Translations under genes and position numbers: made by a program
The notes under the pieces: generated by a model
The model's database searches: none
What the model was told of the DNA's origin: nothing
What the model saw: only the letters and a program-made list of their open reading frames with translations
Assembly (NCBI GenBank): GCA_950069165.1
Contig: CATMIT010000002.1
Span: forward strand, 1 to 41,375
DNA from: an uncultured Flavobacteriales bacterium
GTDB taxonomy: Bacteria > Bacteroidota > Bacteroidia > Flavobacteriales > BACL11
Direction: 5' to 3'
Length of the DNA: 41,375 nucleotides
In this document: in pieces, positions 9,064-21,132 of the stretch
Numbering within the stretch: the first letter of the stretch is position 1
Layout: every line of letters starts with the position of its first letter

Positions 9064-10788
9064 TTACCTCTCCAAAACAGGAGCATGATGTGCTTTTATT
9101 CTGGCATCAATAATAGGAATAGAACACGAAAAATGTTTGTTCTTATGCTCTGCATCTACACCATAAATGTCGTTAGCAGGATTGGAACGGGTAAAAGTAA
9201 TCCACAACCAATTGGAGAAATATTCAGTTGTAAAAGTGGCATCATCTACTAAAGTAATCAGTGCTATTCCTTCTAAATTTTGTTTTTCTAAAGAATCAAT
9301 TAAGTCATTAATTTCTCCTTTACCTTCTACTACTAAATTTCCATTACTCACTAATTGTAGGTTAGAAAAACCTGTAGGTAAATTGATATTCTGCAAGTTT
9401 TCAGATAAAGTTCTTTTACTATCTCCAGCAGCTGCAATTACTACTTTTGAACCTTCATTCAGTCCGTCTCCACTATAGTCCAAAGTATCAATAGTCGTTT
9501 TGGTTTGGAAATGTAAATCTATTTTCCAATTTACCCTTTCCAGAAAATGAGTGAAATATTCCTTTTCGTCATTCACATCTGGAGCATTTTCTTCATCACA
9601 AATAAATACATATTTGGCTAAGGACATTTGTCCTGTTCCTAAAATATGATTGGCAATAGTTAATAATTCTTGGGGTTGTTTAGTAGGATTATAAGGAGTA
9701 TATCGTTCACTTCCCACCGCTAATAATAAAGGATGAACTCCTGATGCATCTACTGCATTTACCGCTTTTAATCCTGGAATTTCTTTCTCAATTGCCTTTC
9801 CAGTAATTTCATGTATCAAAGCTCCAAACTGAGAATCCTCTTGAGGGGGACGACCCACAACCGTAAAAGGCCAAATGGCATTTTCTTTAGCATATACTTT
9901 GTGAATCTTCAAAACTGGGAAATCGTGTTTCAAACTATAATAACCCAAATGATCTCCAAAAGGGCCTTCAGCTTTTACATCATTTTGGTGTAACTCTCCA
10001 CAGATTACAAAATCGGCATCTGCTGAAATAGTATAGCCATCTTTCTTTGCATAACGAAAGTTCCTTCCTCCTAAAATTCCTGCAAAAGCCATTTCTGACA
10101 TTCCCTCAGGTAATGGCATAACGGCAGCAAAAGTATGAGCTGGTGGTCCTCCTACAAAAATAGAAACCTTTAAAGGTTCTCCTTTTTGGTTGGCTTTTTT
10201 CTGATGCACACCTATCCCTCTGTGAATTTGATAATGCATCCCCACCTCCTTATTGGGTACATAATCATTCCCGGAAAGTTGAATTCTGTACATTCCTAAA
10301 TTGGAATTCATAATTCCTGGATTTTCTACATCTTCCGAATAGACTTGAGGTAAAGTAATAAAAGCTCCCCCATCCTCTTTCCAACATTTTACTTGTGGTA
10401 AATCCTCAATCTGTATTTCTTTAAATTTTCTTGAAAATCTAACTTTTACAGGGATAGCATAAATAGCATGAAGTGCAGTAAAAATGGCCTCAAAAGGATT
10501 TTTAAGTGCAGAAGCAGGATTTATTTTAAGGTCAATAAGCTGTTTTACCTTTTCTAAACTATCACGAAACATAAACTTACTTCTTTTTAAAGTTCCAAAT
10601 AAATTAGAAGCTGCCCGAAATTTACTTCCTTTAATCTTTTCAAATAAAATGGCTTTCCCTCCTTTTGCAAATTCATCCAGATGAATAGATGCCATTTCCA
10701 AATCAGGATTTACCTGTTCCGAAATTCGAATAAGTTCACCTTCCTTTTCTAAATCAGAAATACATTGTTGTAAGGTTCTATAAGCCAT
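9064..10788 (-). CDS. UbiD-family (prenyl-FMN type) aromatic decarboxylase, likely in quinone biosynthesis
   Basis: UbiD-like blocks YRIQL, HYQIHRGIG, GGPPAHTFAAVMPLPEG and GPFGDHLGYY. The ORF-track start at 10821 is a GTG lying inside a terminator hairpin. The ATG at 10788 (MAYRTLQQCI...) is preferred. Confidence 0.8.
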   Translation of the reverse strand: MAYRTLQQCISDLEKEGELIRISEQVNPDLEMASIHLDEFAKGGKAILFEKIKGSKFRAASNLFGTLKRSKFMFRDSLEKVKQLIDLKINPASALKNPFEAIFTALHAIYAIPVKVRFSRKFKEIQIEDLPQVKCWKEDGGAFITLPQVYSEDVENPGIMNSNLGMYRIQLSGNDYVPNKEVGMHYQIHRGIGVHQKKANQKGEPLKVSIFVGGPPAHTFAAVMPLPEGMSEMAFAGILGGRNFRYAKKDGYTISADADFVICGELHQNDVKAEGPFGDHLGYYSLKHDFPVLKIHKVYAKENAIWPFTVVGRPPQEDSQFGALIHEITGKAIEKEIPGLKAVNAVDASGVHPLLLAVGSERYTPYNPTKQPQELLTIANHILGTGQMSLAKYVFICDEENAPDVNDEKEYFTHFLERVNWKIDLHFQTKTTIDTLDYSGDGLNEGSKVVIAAAGDSKRTLSENLQNINLPTGFSNLQLVSNGNLVVEGKGEINDLIDSLEKQNLEGIALITLVDDATFTTEYFSNWLWITFTRSNPANDIYGVDAEHKNKHFSCSIPIIDARIKAHHAPVLER

Positions 10789-10792
10789 TGTC

Positions 10793-10800
10793 CAAAAGTA
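10793..10800 (-). promoter_or_regulatory. candidate Bacteroidota -7 box, TACTTTTG (TAnnTTTG), 4 nt upstream of the UbiD ATG
   Basis: The minus strand reads caccgagTTTTTTTACTTTTGgacaATG. This matches the consensus -7 element of Bacteroidota sigma-A promoters. I did not find a good -33 TTTG. Confidence 0.3.
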
Positions 10801-10827
10801 AAAAAACTCGGTGAATAACACCGAGTT
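10799..10827 (-). terminator. intrinsic terminator downstream of gltA
   Basis: Minus-strand RNA: aaaaaaCUCGGUG-uuauu-CACCGAGuuuuuuu. It has a 7-bp GC-containing stem, a 5-nt loop and a U7 tract, and lies 36 nt after the gltA stop. Confidence 0.8.
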
Positions 10828-10862
10828 TTTTAATCTAACATCTACATACTAATCTCTAAGAT

Positions 10863-12149
10863 TTATCTTTTATTAATAGAAACATATTTTCTTTCATTTT
10901 CACCAACATAAATTTGTCTTGGTCTTCCTATAGGTTCATGATTTTCCCTCATTTCTTTCCATTGTGCAATCCATCCTGGTAATCTTCCCAATGCAAACAT
11001 TACCGTAAACATATCTGTAGGAATACCCAATGCTCTGTAAATTATACCTGAATAAAAATCAACATTAGGATACAAACCTCTATCTTTAAAATATTGATCT
11101 TTGAGAGCTACTTTCTCTAATTTAAGAGCAATATCCAAAATTGGATCTTCAACCCCTAATTGTGCCAACACATCATCAGCAGCTTTTTTAATAATCTTAG
11201 CTCTAGGATCAAAGTTTTTATAAACTCTGTGCCCAAAGCCCATCAGACGAAATGGATCTGATTTGTCTTTTGCCTTTTCAACATATTTATTCACATCTCC
11301 TCCGTCTTCCTTTATCTGCTCAAGCATTTCAATTACTGCCTGATTTGCTCCTCCATGTAATGGGCCCCAAAGTGCAGCAATCCCAGCAGAAATTGAAGCA
11401 TATAAACTTGCATGAGAGGAGCCAACAATTCGGACAGTTGCTGCTGAACAATTCTGCTCATGATCGGCATGTAAAATTAAAAGTTTGTTTAAAGCACTTG
11501 TAATTACAGGATTAACTTCATAATTAACAGTTGGTAAGGAAAACATCATCCTGATAAAATTTTCGCAATACCCTAAAGAGTTATCAGGATAAATTACGGG
11601 TTGCCTCATTCTATTTTTAAAACTCCAAGCTGCTAGAGTTGGTAGTTTTGCAATGGAACGAATTATTGTCCCGTTCACTTCTTCTGCTGAACGATTTGGA
11701 TCTAAGGATTTTGGATAAAATGCAGTAAGGGATGAAACCAAAGAAGACAACACTCCCATTGGATGAGATTTAGATGGAAACCCATCTAATATCGCCCTTA
11801 CATCCTCATGCACTAATGTATGTTTTGAAACTTCTTCTTGAAAATTATCTAATTCCTCAGAATTTGGTAATTCCCCATAAATCAGCAAAAAAGCAACTTC
11901 TAAAAAGCTGGCATTTTCGGCTAAGTCTTCAATGGAATAACCTCTATATCTTAATATTCCTTTTTCCCCATCTAAAAAGGTAATAGCACTTTCAGTAGAT
12001 GCTGTATTTTTAAATCCCCTATCTAAAGTAATGATTCCTGCATCTTGTCTTAGTTTACTAATATCAATAGCAATTTCATTTTCTGTTCCTTCAATTATCG
12101 GAAGTTCATAAACTTTCCCATCATAATGTAGCTCTGCCTTTTTTGCCAT
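10863..12149 (-). CDS. gltA: citrate synthase
   Basis: 428 aa. Contains HADHEQN and GFGHRVYK catalytic motifs. Confidence 0.93.
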   Translation of the reverse strand: MAKKAELHYDGKVYELPIIEGTENEIAIDISKLRQDAGIITLDRGFKNTASTESAITFLDGEKGILRYRGYSIEDLAENASFLEVAFLLIYGELPNSEELDNFQEEVSKHTLVHEDVRAILDGFPSKSHPMGVLSSLVSSLTAFYPKSLDPNRSAEEVNGTIIRSIAKLPTLAAWSFKNRMRQPVIYPDNSLGYCENFIRMMFSLPTVNYEVNPVITSALNKLLILHADHEQNCSAATVRIVGSSHASLYASISAGIAALWGPLHGGANQAVIEMLEQIKEDGGDVNKYVEKAKDKSDPFRLMGFGHRVYKNFDPRAKIIKKAADDVLAQLGVEDPILDIALKLEKVALKDQYFKDRGLYPNVDFYSGIIYRALGIPTDMFTVMFALGRLPGWIAQWKEMRENHEPIGRPRQIYVGENERKYVSINKR

Positions 12150-12170
12150 AAGTTCTTTAAATTTTTTAAA

Positions 12171-14569
<2,399 letters not shown>

Positions 14570-14596
14570 TATTTTATTAAAAAATTGGAAATAAAA

Positions 14597-14635
14597 TTAA
14601 AAAAAAGGACAAAGCACATAAAGCTTTATCCTTTT
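14597..14635 (-). terminator. intrinsic terminator ending the ribosomal mega-operon, after rplQ
   Basis: Minus-strand RNA: AAGGAUAAAGC-uuuaugu-GCUUUGUCCUU followed by about U8. The single imperfect position is a G.U wobble on the minus-strand RNA but a C.A mismatch on the plus strand, which fits minus-strand function. Confidence 0.8.
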
Positions 14636-14657
14636 ATTTTTTAAAACAATTGTAGTT

Positions 14658-15779
14658 CTATTCATCTTTCTTCTGCTCATCTGAATCGTCTTCTGTTTTG
14701 TCTTTCTCTTCTTCTGGTTCCGGAACATCTTCAGCTTCTGTCTTTTCAATAATCTCTTCTGAGCTTTCCACCACATTTTCTTCAGAAGTATCTTCCGTTT
14801 TTGTTTCTTTCTTTTCTATTTCATTTTCTGCTGTTTCTGCTGGCTCCACCTCTTCTTCTTTTTCCTCAGTTAGTTCCGCTTGAGGTTCTTGTTGTATTTC
14901 TTCAGCAGTTTCTGTTGGTTCTTCCTCTACTGTTTCTTCAGCAGTATCTTGCGCTTCTTCTACTTTAGACTCCTCAGTTACTTCTGCTTCCAGCTCTTCT
15001 TCTTTCTCTTCTATCACTTCCTCCTGGGTTGTTGCAGTTTCTTCCACTTCTTCTTCTTTTGCTTCTGATTCAGCTTCTTCCGTTTTTTCTTCAACAACAA
15101 CTTCCTCAGTAGTATCTTCCACTTTTGATTCTTCAGTTATAGTTTTCTCCGCTTTTTCTTCTTTTGAAGCTACTTCTTCTTTTACCTCTTCCGCTACTTC
15201 TTCAGTACTTGTCGTTGCTTCTGCTTCTTCAGCTTCTGTAGTTTCAGCGCCTGAATCTTGAGTGCCCTCTACATTTTCAGCATTTCCATCAGTGATAGTT
15301 TCTGCAATTTCTTCAATAGTTGTCGTTTCTGTAACAACTTCTGAAGTTTGAAGTTCAGATGATTTACCTGCCCCTCTTCTTCTAGTTTTCTTTCTTTTTG
15401 GTTTGTCAGTAGTATAGTCTTCATTATAATCCACTAGTTCGATAAAACACATTTCAGCATTATCGCCCAGTCGATTGCTTAATTTCAAAATTCGAGTATA
15501 CCCACCAGGTCTATCAGCAATTTTTGCAGCAACATCACCAAATAATTCGGTAATAGCTTGTTTTTGTTTTAAGTAAGAAAATACCGTTCTTCTGGAATGA
15601 GTAGTATCCTCTTTTGATTTTGTAAGTAGTGGCTCAATATAAACCCTCAAAGCTTTTGCTTTTGCAACAGTAGTTTTGATGCGTTTGTGCTCAATTAAAG
15701 AGCATGCCATATTAGCTAGCATTGCTTTTCGGTGAGGAGCCTTTCTTGATAAATGATTAAATTTCTTCCCGTGTCTCAT
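14658..15779 (-). CDS. rplQ: 50S ribosomal protein bL17 with a very long acidic C-terminal extension
   Basis: The N-terminal ~120 aa form a typical L17 domain ([21 protein letters not shown]...GGYTRILKL...[10 protein letters not shown]). A basic patch [14 protein letters not shown] follows, then ~234 aa of E/T/A/V/K low complexity. Total length is 373 aa. Confidence 0.93.
   Translation of the reverse strand: MRHGKKFNHLSRKAPHRKAMLANMACSLIEHKRIKTTVAKAKALRVYIEPLLTKSKEDTTHSRRTVFSYLKQKQAITELFGDVAAKIADRPGGYTRILKLSNRLGDNAEMCFIELVDYNEDYTTDKPKRKKTRRRGAGKSSELQTSEVVTETTTIEEIAETITDGNAENVEGTQDSGAETTEAEEAEATTSTEEVAEEVKEEVASKEEKAEKTITEESKVEDTTEEVVVEEKTEEAESEAKEEEVEETATTQEEVIEEKEEELEAEVTEESKVEEAQDTAEETVEEEPTETAEEIQQEPQAELTEEKEEEVEPAETAENEIEKKETKTEDTSEENVVESSEEIIEKTEAEDVPEPEEEKDKTEDDSDEQKKDE
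14661..15362 (-). other. low-complexity tract encoding the poly-acidic tail of bL17
   Basis: The coding strand is purine-rich (GAA/GAG/ACT/GCA codons), so the plus strand appears as ttc/ctc runs. My hand count gives about 88 Glu in the last 234 residues (~38%). Confidence 0.85.
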
Positions 15780-15780
15780 T

Positions 15781-16767
15781 TTATTGTTCGTTCTCTAAAT
15801 TATATTTGGAAATATCCAAACCAAATGATAGTCCTTTATCCTCAACCAAAACTTCTAATTCAGATAATGATTTTTTCCCAAAGTTTCTAAATTTTAGTAA
15901 GTCTGATTTGTTAAAAGATACCAATTCGCCTAATGTTTGAACTTCTGCTGTTTTCAAGCAATTTAAAGCTCTTACGGACAAACCTAATTCTGAAAGTTTA
16001 GATTTAAGTAATTGACGCATATGCAAAGTATCTTCATCAAACTCATCTTCCAAGTCTTTTCCAAAAGTCATTTTTTCATCTGAGAAAAGTAAAAAATGCT
16101 GAATCAGAATTTTTGAAGCTTCCGTTAAAGCATCTTTTGGTGTGATTGAGCCATCTGTTACTAAATGAATATTTAGTTTCTCAAAATCAGTTTTTTGTTC
16201 CACTCTATAATTTTCAACATCATATTTAACATTCTTGATTGGTGTAAAAATAGAATCGATAGCAATAGTTCCTAGAGCAGTGTCTTCTTTAGAATTGTCC
16301 TCAGCAGGGACATATCCTCTTCCTTTTTCGATAAGAATCTCCATTTCGAAAGAAACTTTTTTATCCATATTACAAACTATTTGCTCTGGGTTTAATACTT
16401 GAAAATTAGAAAGGCCATTAGCAACATCAGCTGCAGTTATGGTTTTCTGATTAGAAACTTTTATTATGGCAGTTTCACTATTTTCATCTTCAATTTGTTG
16501 TTTAAACCTAATTTGTTTAAGATTTAAAACAATCTCCGTTACATCTTCAATTACTCCATCAATAGTTGAAAATTCATGTTCAACTCCTTCAATTTTAAAA
16601 GAAGTAATTGCAAAACCCTCTAATGAGGAAAGTAAAACTCTCCTTAAAGCATTACCGACTGTTAGCCCGTAACCTGGCTCTAAAGGACGAAATTCAAAAT
16701 TCCCTACTTTTTCATCAGACTCAAGCATTACTACTTCATCTGGTTTTTGAAAATTTAATATTGGCAT
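15781..16767 (-). CDS. rpoA: DNA-directed RNA polymerase alpha subunit
   Basis: 328 aa. NTD motif [17 protein letters not shown] and a C-terminal alpha-CTD ([10 protein letters not shown]). Lies between rpsD and rplQ. Confidence 0.95.
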   Translation of the reverse strand: MPILNFQKPDEVVMLESDEKVGNFEFRPLEPGYGLTVGNALRRVLLSSLEGFAITSFKIEGVEHEFSTIDGVIEDVTEIVLNLKQIRFKQQIEDENSETAIIKVSNQKTITAADVANGLSNFQVLNPEQIVCNMDKKVSFEMEILIEKGRGYVPAEDNSKEDTALGTIAIDSIFTPIKNVKYDVENYRVEQKTDFEKLNIHLVTDGSITPKDALTEASKILIQHFLLFSDEKMTFGKDLEDEFDEDTLHMRQLLKSKLSELGLSVRALNCLKTAEVQTLGELVSFNKSDLLKFRNFGKKSLSELEVLVEDKGLSFGLDISKYNLENEQ

Positions 16768-16792
16768 AATTTTATTTTTTTAAGTTTATTTT

Positions 16793-17398
16793 TTATTTTG
16801 AATAAAGTTCAACAATTAGTTGCTCTTTTATGTTTTCTGGAATTTGTTCTCTTTCTGGCAAAGCTAAAACTTTCCCCTTCAAAGTATCAGAATTCCATTC
16901 TAACCAATCAGAAGTGTAAGAACTGGCAGCTAGGGAAGTCCCAACAACTTCTAACGATTTTGATTTTTCTCTAACACTTATTGTATCCCCAATCTTTAAA
17001 GCATAAGAAGGGATATTAGTAATGTTTTCATTTACAACAATGTGTTTGTGCGTTACCATTTGGCGTGCGGCCCTCCTTGTAGGAGAAATTCCTAAACGAT
17101 ACACCACATTATCTAATCTTGTTTCGCAAAGCTGTAATAGTATTTCCCCTGTAATACCTTTTTTCCTTAGTGCTTTTTTGAAAAGATTAGAAAACTGTTT
17201 TTCCAAAATACCATAAGTATATTTTGCTTTTTGTTTTTCCTGCAACTGCACAGCATATTCCGATTTTTTTCCTCTTCTTCTTGTATTTCCGTGCTGTCCT
17301 GGACCATAGTTTTTCTTGTCTAAAACCTTATCAGGACCAAAAATTGGTTCGCCAAATTTTCTTGCTATCTTAGATGTAGGACCTGTATATCTTGCCAT
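16793..17398 (-). CDS. rpsD: 30S ribosomal protein uS4
   Basis: 201 aa, [20 protein letters not shown]..., with an S4 RNA-binding domain. Confidence 0.95.
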   Translation of the reverse strand: MARYTGPTSKIARKFGEPIFGPDKVLDKKNYGPGQHGNTRRRGKKSEYAVQLQEKQKAKYTYGILEKQFSNLFKKALRKKGITGEILLQLCETRLDNVVYRLGISPTRRAARQMVTHKHIVVNENITNIPSYALKIGDTISVREKSKSLEVVGTSLAASSYTSDWLEWNSDTLKGKVLALPEREQIPENIKEQLIVELYSK

Positions 17399-17417
17399 TT
17401 TTTCTTATTAATTAAAT

Positions 17418-17798
17418 TTATACTCTTCTTCTTTTTGGAGGACGACAACCATTGTGAGGCAATGGAGTAACGTCCACTATTTCAGTAACCAAAATACCAG
17501 AATTATGGATTGCTCTTATTGCTGATTCTCTTCCTGAACCCGGACCTTTTACAAATACTTTTACTCTTCTTAAGCCCGCTTCCATAGCTGGTTTTGCACA
17601 ATCTTCTGCTGCCATTTGTGCAGCATAAGGTGTGTTTTTCTTTGACCCTCTAAAACCCATTTTGCCAGCAGATGACCAAGATATAACTTGACCATTATTG
17701 TTGGTTAATGAGATTATAATGTTATTAAAAGTAGCTTGTATATGCGCTTGCCCTGCTGCTTCCACTCTTACTGTATTCTTCTTTTTTGATTTTGCCAT
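17418..17798 (-). CDS. rpsK: 30S ribosomal protein uS11
   Basis: 126 aa. Contains [15 protein letters not shown] and ends ...[11 protein letters not shown]. Confidence 0.95.
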   Translation of the reverse strand: MAKSKKKNTVRVEAAGQAHIQATFNNIIISLTNNNGQVISWSSAGKMGFRGSKKNTPYAAQMAAEDCAKPAMEAGLRRVKVFVKGPGSGRESAIRAIHNSGILVTEIVDVTPLPHNGCRPPKRRRV

Positions 17799-17804
17799 AA
17801 TTAT

Positions 17805-18185
17805 TTATAATTTAGTAGCTATCTTTTTATTGGCTACTGTTTTTCTTCTTCCTTTTCTTGTTCTAGAATTATTCTTTGTTCTTTGTCCTCTTAAAGGAAG
17901 TCCTTTTCTGTGGCGGATTCCTCTATAAGAAGCAATATCAATCAATCTTTTTATATTAATTTGGGTCTCTGAGCGTAATTCCCCCTCCACTTTATACTCT
18001 TCATTGATAATAGAACGAATAGTATTTACCTGATTATCATCCCAATCTTGAACTTTTTTATCCAAAGGCACATTCGCTTTGTTTAAAATCTCTTTTGCGA
18101 AAGACCTACCAATACCAAAAATGTAAGTTAAGCCAATTTCGCCTCTTTTGTTTTTAGGTAAATCTATACCTTTTATTCTTGCCAT
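17805..18185 (-). CDS. rpsM: 30S ribosomal protein uS13
   Basis: 126 aa, [14 protein letters not shown]...[19 protein letters not shown]. Confidence 0.95.
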   Translation of the reverse strand: MARIKGIDLPKNKRGEIGLTYIFGIGRSFAKEILNKANVPLDKKVQDWDDNQVNTIRSIINEEYKVEGELRSETQINIKRLIDIASYRGIRHRKGLPLRGQRTKNNSRTRKGRRKTVANKKIATKL

Positions 18186-18188
18186 ATT

Positions 18189-18305
18189 TTATCCTTGTCT
18201 TTGTTTAAATCTAGGGTTCTTTTTATTGATTACATACAATCGTCCTTTTCTTCTGACGATTTTGCAATCCTCACTTCTTTTTTTTACTGATGCTCGTACT
18301 TTCAT
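18189..18305 (-). CDS. rpmJ: 50S ribosomal protein bL36 (Cys-poor, apparently zinc-independent form)
   Basis: Not in the ORF track. My hand translation of the minus strand gives [38 protein letters not shown] (38 aa). Lies in the canonical position between infA and rpsM. Confidence 0.9.
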   Translation of the reverse strand: MKVRASVKKRSEDCKIVRRKGRLYVINKKNPRFKQRQG

Positions 18306-18317
18306 AATTTCTATTTT

Positions 18318-18533
18318 TTAGTACCTATATGTTATTCGCCCCTTTGTTAAATCGTAAGGCGACATTTCTAATTTTACTTTATCTCCTGGCAAAAGCTTTA
18401 TATAGTACTTTCTCATTTTTCCGGAAATATGAGCTGTAATAATGTGTCCGTTTTCAAGCTCAACCCTAAACATAGCATTCGATAATGCTTGCTTAATGGT
18501 TCCGTCCAGTTCTATATTTGGCTGTTTTGCCAT
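18318..18533 (-). CDS. infA: translation initiation factor IF-1
   Basis: 71 aa S1-like fold, [24 protein letters not shown]. Confidence 0.95.
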   Translation of the reverse strand: MAKQPNIELDGTIKQALSNAMFRVELENGHIITAHISGKMRKYYIKLLPGDKVKLEMSPYDLTKGRITYRY

Positions 18534-18536
18534 TTT

Positions 18537-19319
18537 TTATTTATTGTTTTTACTTAATACTTTTTCTATCTCTTTAAAACTAGATAAAATTTCTGCTTTA
18601 TTTTTTCGCACCACAATAGTGTGCTCAAAATGGGCAGAAAAATTACCATCTACTGTTGTTATTGTCCAGCCATTAGCATGCTGTTGAATAGACTTTGTTC
18701 CCATGTTTATCATTGGCTCTATCGCAATTACCAATCCTTCTTTTAACTTTATCCCTTTCCCTCTTTTACCATAATTTGGTACTTCCGGACTTTCATGTAA
18801 TTTTCTTCCAACTCCATGTCCTACCATTTCTCTTACTACTCCAAAACCAAAACTTTCTGTATAATCTTGAATGGCATGACTAATATCTCCTAATCTTCTT
18901 CCAGAAACAGCTTGCTCAATTCCTTTATAAAGAGATGCTTTAGTTACTTCCAATAACTCTTTTATCTCTTTTTTAACTTCTCCTACTTCATAGGTAAAGG
19001 CGGAATCTCCATAAAAACCGTTCATTAATACGCCACAATCCACTGAAATAATATCACCCTCATTTAAGGAGTTATTATTGGGGATTCCATGAACTACTTG
19101 CTCATTTGGCGACATACATAAAGTATTTGGGAAGCCTCCATACCCTTTAAAAGCTGGTATTGCTCCATTATCCATTATGAACTCCTCCGCAATCCTATCC
19201 AATTCCAAAGTAGTAACTCCTGGTTTTATTAGCCCTGCTATTTCTGCATGGGTTTTTCCAACAAGTAAAGAACTTTCTCTTATTAACTCTATCTCCTCTT
19301 CCGATTTATAGTAAATCAT
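18537..19319 (-). CDS. map: type I methionine aminopeptidase
   Basis: 260 aa with the metal-ligand pattern (VVHGIP, DxGV...D, VGHGVG, EP). Lies between secY and infA. Confidence 0.92.
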   Translation of the reverse strand: MIYYKSEEEIELIRESSLLVGKTHAEIAGLIKPGVTTLELDRIAEEFIMDNGAIPAFKGYGGFPNTLCMSPNEQVVHGIPNNNSLNEGDIISVDCGVLMNGFYGDSAFTYEVGEVKKEIKELLEVTKASLYKGIEQAVSGRRLGDISHAIQDYTESFGFGVVREMVGHGVGRKLHESPEVPNYGKRGKGIKLKEGLVIAIEPMINMGTKSIQQHANGWTITTVDGNFSAHFEHTIVVRKNKAEILSSFKEIEKVLSKNNK

Positions 19320-19327
19320 AGTAAAAA

Positions 19328-20668
19328 CTATGCCACCATACTTCCGGAAGATTTTCCTTTTATCCTTCCTGAGTCCATCAATCCATCATAATGACGCATC
19401 AACAGATGACTTTCAATTTGTTGAAGGGTGTCCAAAACCACTCCTACCAAAATAAGCAGGGATGTTCCTCCATAAAATTGTGCAAATTGTGCATTAATAC
19501 CTGCTTGCATTGCAAATGCTGGCAGAATAGCAACTGCACCTAAAAATATACTTCCTGGCAATGTAATTCTTGACATTACCGCATCTAAATATTCAGCTGT
19601 TTTTCTTCCCGGTTTCACCCCTGGAATAAATCCTCCATTTCTTTTCATATCATCAGCCATTTGGTTAGGATTAACCGTAATGGCAGTATAAAAATAAGTG
19701 AATAATACTACCATTATAAAAAACATAAAGTTATACCAAAAGCCAGCAAAATCAGTAAGCACTGCTGCCAATCCTTGCAGGGTTTCAGAATCGGAAAAAC
19801 CAACCAATGTAATGGGTACAAACATAATGGCTTGTGCAAAAATAATCGGCATAACACCTGCTGCATTTACCTTTAAAGGGATGAACTGACGAACACCTCC
19901 ATATTGTTTGTTTCCAACTACACGCTTTGCGTATTGTACTGGTATTCTTCTGGTGCCTTGCACTAAAAGTATGGTTACCATAATCACCAATAAAAGCACT
20001 AACATTTCCACTAAGAAAAGTACTAACCCTCCACCTTGATCTTCCAGACCAGATGCTAATTCCATCATAAGAGATTGAGGAAAATAAGCAATAATACCTA
20101 TCATAATAAGAAGAGATATTCCATTTCCAATTCCTCTGTCAGTGATTTTTTCACCCAACCACATTACAAACATAGTTCCTGTAACAAGCACTATAATGGA
20201 AGATGCCCAGAAAATACCTGGAGCTAACAAAAATGCCTCTGGTGGTAATGTTGCCTTTAGGTTGGCGATATAACCAGGAGCTTGACCACTAGTTATTAGT
20301 ATGGTTAAGTACCTTGTAATATTATTAATTTTTCTTCTACCACTTTCCCCTTCTTTCTGTAATTTTTGGAAATAAGGAATCGCCATCCCCAGTAATTGTA
20401 TTACAATAGAAGCTGAAATATAAGGCATAATCCCCAATGCAAAAATAGATGCTTGTGAGAATGCCCCACCAGTAAACATATTCAATAGACCTAATAAGCC
20501 CTCAGAGGTTTGTTGTTGCAAATTAGCTAAGAGTGTTGGATCAACACCAGGGAGAACAACAAAAGAACCAAAACGATAAATAGCGATAAAAGCTAAGGTA
20601 ATAAGAATCCTATTTCTAAGATCCTCAATGTTCCAAATGTTCTTTATGGTTTCTATTAATTTTTTCAT
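19328..20668 (-). CDS. secY: preprotein translocase subunit SecY
   Basis: 446 aa polytopic membrane protein containing GIMPYISASIVIQLL. Confidence 0.95.
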   Translation of the reverse strand: MKKLIETIKNIWNIEDLRNRILITLAFIAIYRFGSFVVLPGVDPTLLANLQQQTSEGLLGLLNMFTGGAFSQASIFALGIMPYISASIVIQLLGMAIPYFQKLQKEGESGRRKINNITRYLTILITSGQAPGYIANLKATLPPEAFLLAPGIFWASSIIVLVTGTMFVMWLGEKITDRGIGNGISLLIMIGIIAYFPQSLMMELASGLEDQGGGLVLFLVEMLVLLLVIMVTILLVQGTRRIPVQYAKRVVGNKQYGGVRQFIPLKVNAAGVMPIIFAQAIMFVPITLVGFSDSETLQGLAAVLTDFAGFWYNFMFFIMVVLFTYFYTAITVNPNQMADDMKRNGGFIPGVKPGRKTAEYLDAVMSRITLPGSIFLGAVAILPAFAMQAGINAQFAQFYGGTSLLILVGVVLDTLQQIESHLLMRHYDGLMDSGRIKGKSSGSMVA

Positions 20669-20669
20669 C

Positions 20670-21125
20670 TTACTTTTCGCTTACAGTTGCGGTTCCTCCC
20701 GCTTTTTCAATAGCTACTTTTGCGTTTTTTGAAAAAGCATTAACAGTAATATCTAATTTTGCTTTTAACTCTCCTCTTCCTAATATTTTTACTAAATCTT
20801 TCTTTTTAGCTAGTCCATTATCAACCAAAGTTTGTTTATCCACCTTTGTTTTAATTTTTTTATTATCTACCAACTCTTGCAATCTATCCAAATTTACCCC
20901 CTTATACTCTACTCTGTTAGGATTGGTAAAACCAAACTTAGGAACTCTTCTTTGTAAGGGTTGCTGTCCGCCCTCAAATCCAATTTTTTTGGAATAACCT
21001 GAACGAGATTTTTGTCCTTTATGCCCTCTTGTTGCTGTTCCACCTCTTTTGGATCCTTCTCCTCTACCAATTCTTTTTCCTTTTTTTGTGGATCCTTCTG
21101 CCGGTTTTAAATTATGTAATTCCAT
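20670..21125 (-). CDS. rplO: 50S ribosomal protein uL15
   Basis: 151 aa, MELHNLKPAEGSTKKGKRIGRGEGS..GGTATRGHKGQKSRSG. Confidence 0.95.
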   Translation of the reverse strand: MELHNLKPAEGSTKKGKRIGRGEGSKRGGTATRGHKGQKSRSGYSKKIGFEGGQQPLQRRVPKFGFTNPNRVEYKGVNLDRLQELVDNKKIKTKVDKQTLVDNGLAKKKDLVKILGRGELKAKLDITVNAFSKNAKVAIEKAGGTATVSEK

Positions 21126-21132
21126 ATCTAGA

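Noticed and set aside
14698-15068. Two plus-strand ORFs (Ser-rich, 61 aa; Phe/Cys-rich, 62 aa) antisense to the bL17 tail
   Set aside because: They are antisense readings of the poly-GAA-type low-complexity tract (TTC/TCT codons). Stop-free antisense frames are expected from this composition, and nothing else supports them.
18189-18305. bL36 lacking three of the four zinc ligands (only one Cys retained), considered as a sign of a zinc-starvation paralog switch
   Set aside because: This is the only rpmJ copy in the canonical operon position. As far as I recall, Cys-poor bL36 (and long-form uS14) is the normal state in Bacteroidota, so it is not evidence of a C+/C- paralog system here.
19320-20670. 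Absence of adk between secY and map, considered as a gene deletion
   Set aside because: The junctions are intact (an 8-nt gap) with no remnants. From memory, secY-map-infA-rpmJ without adk is the usual Bacteroidota arrangement.
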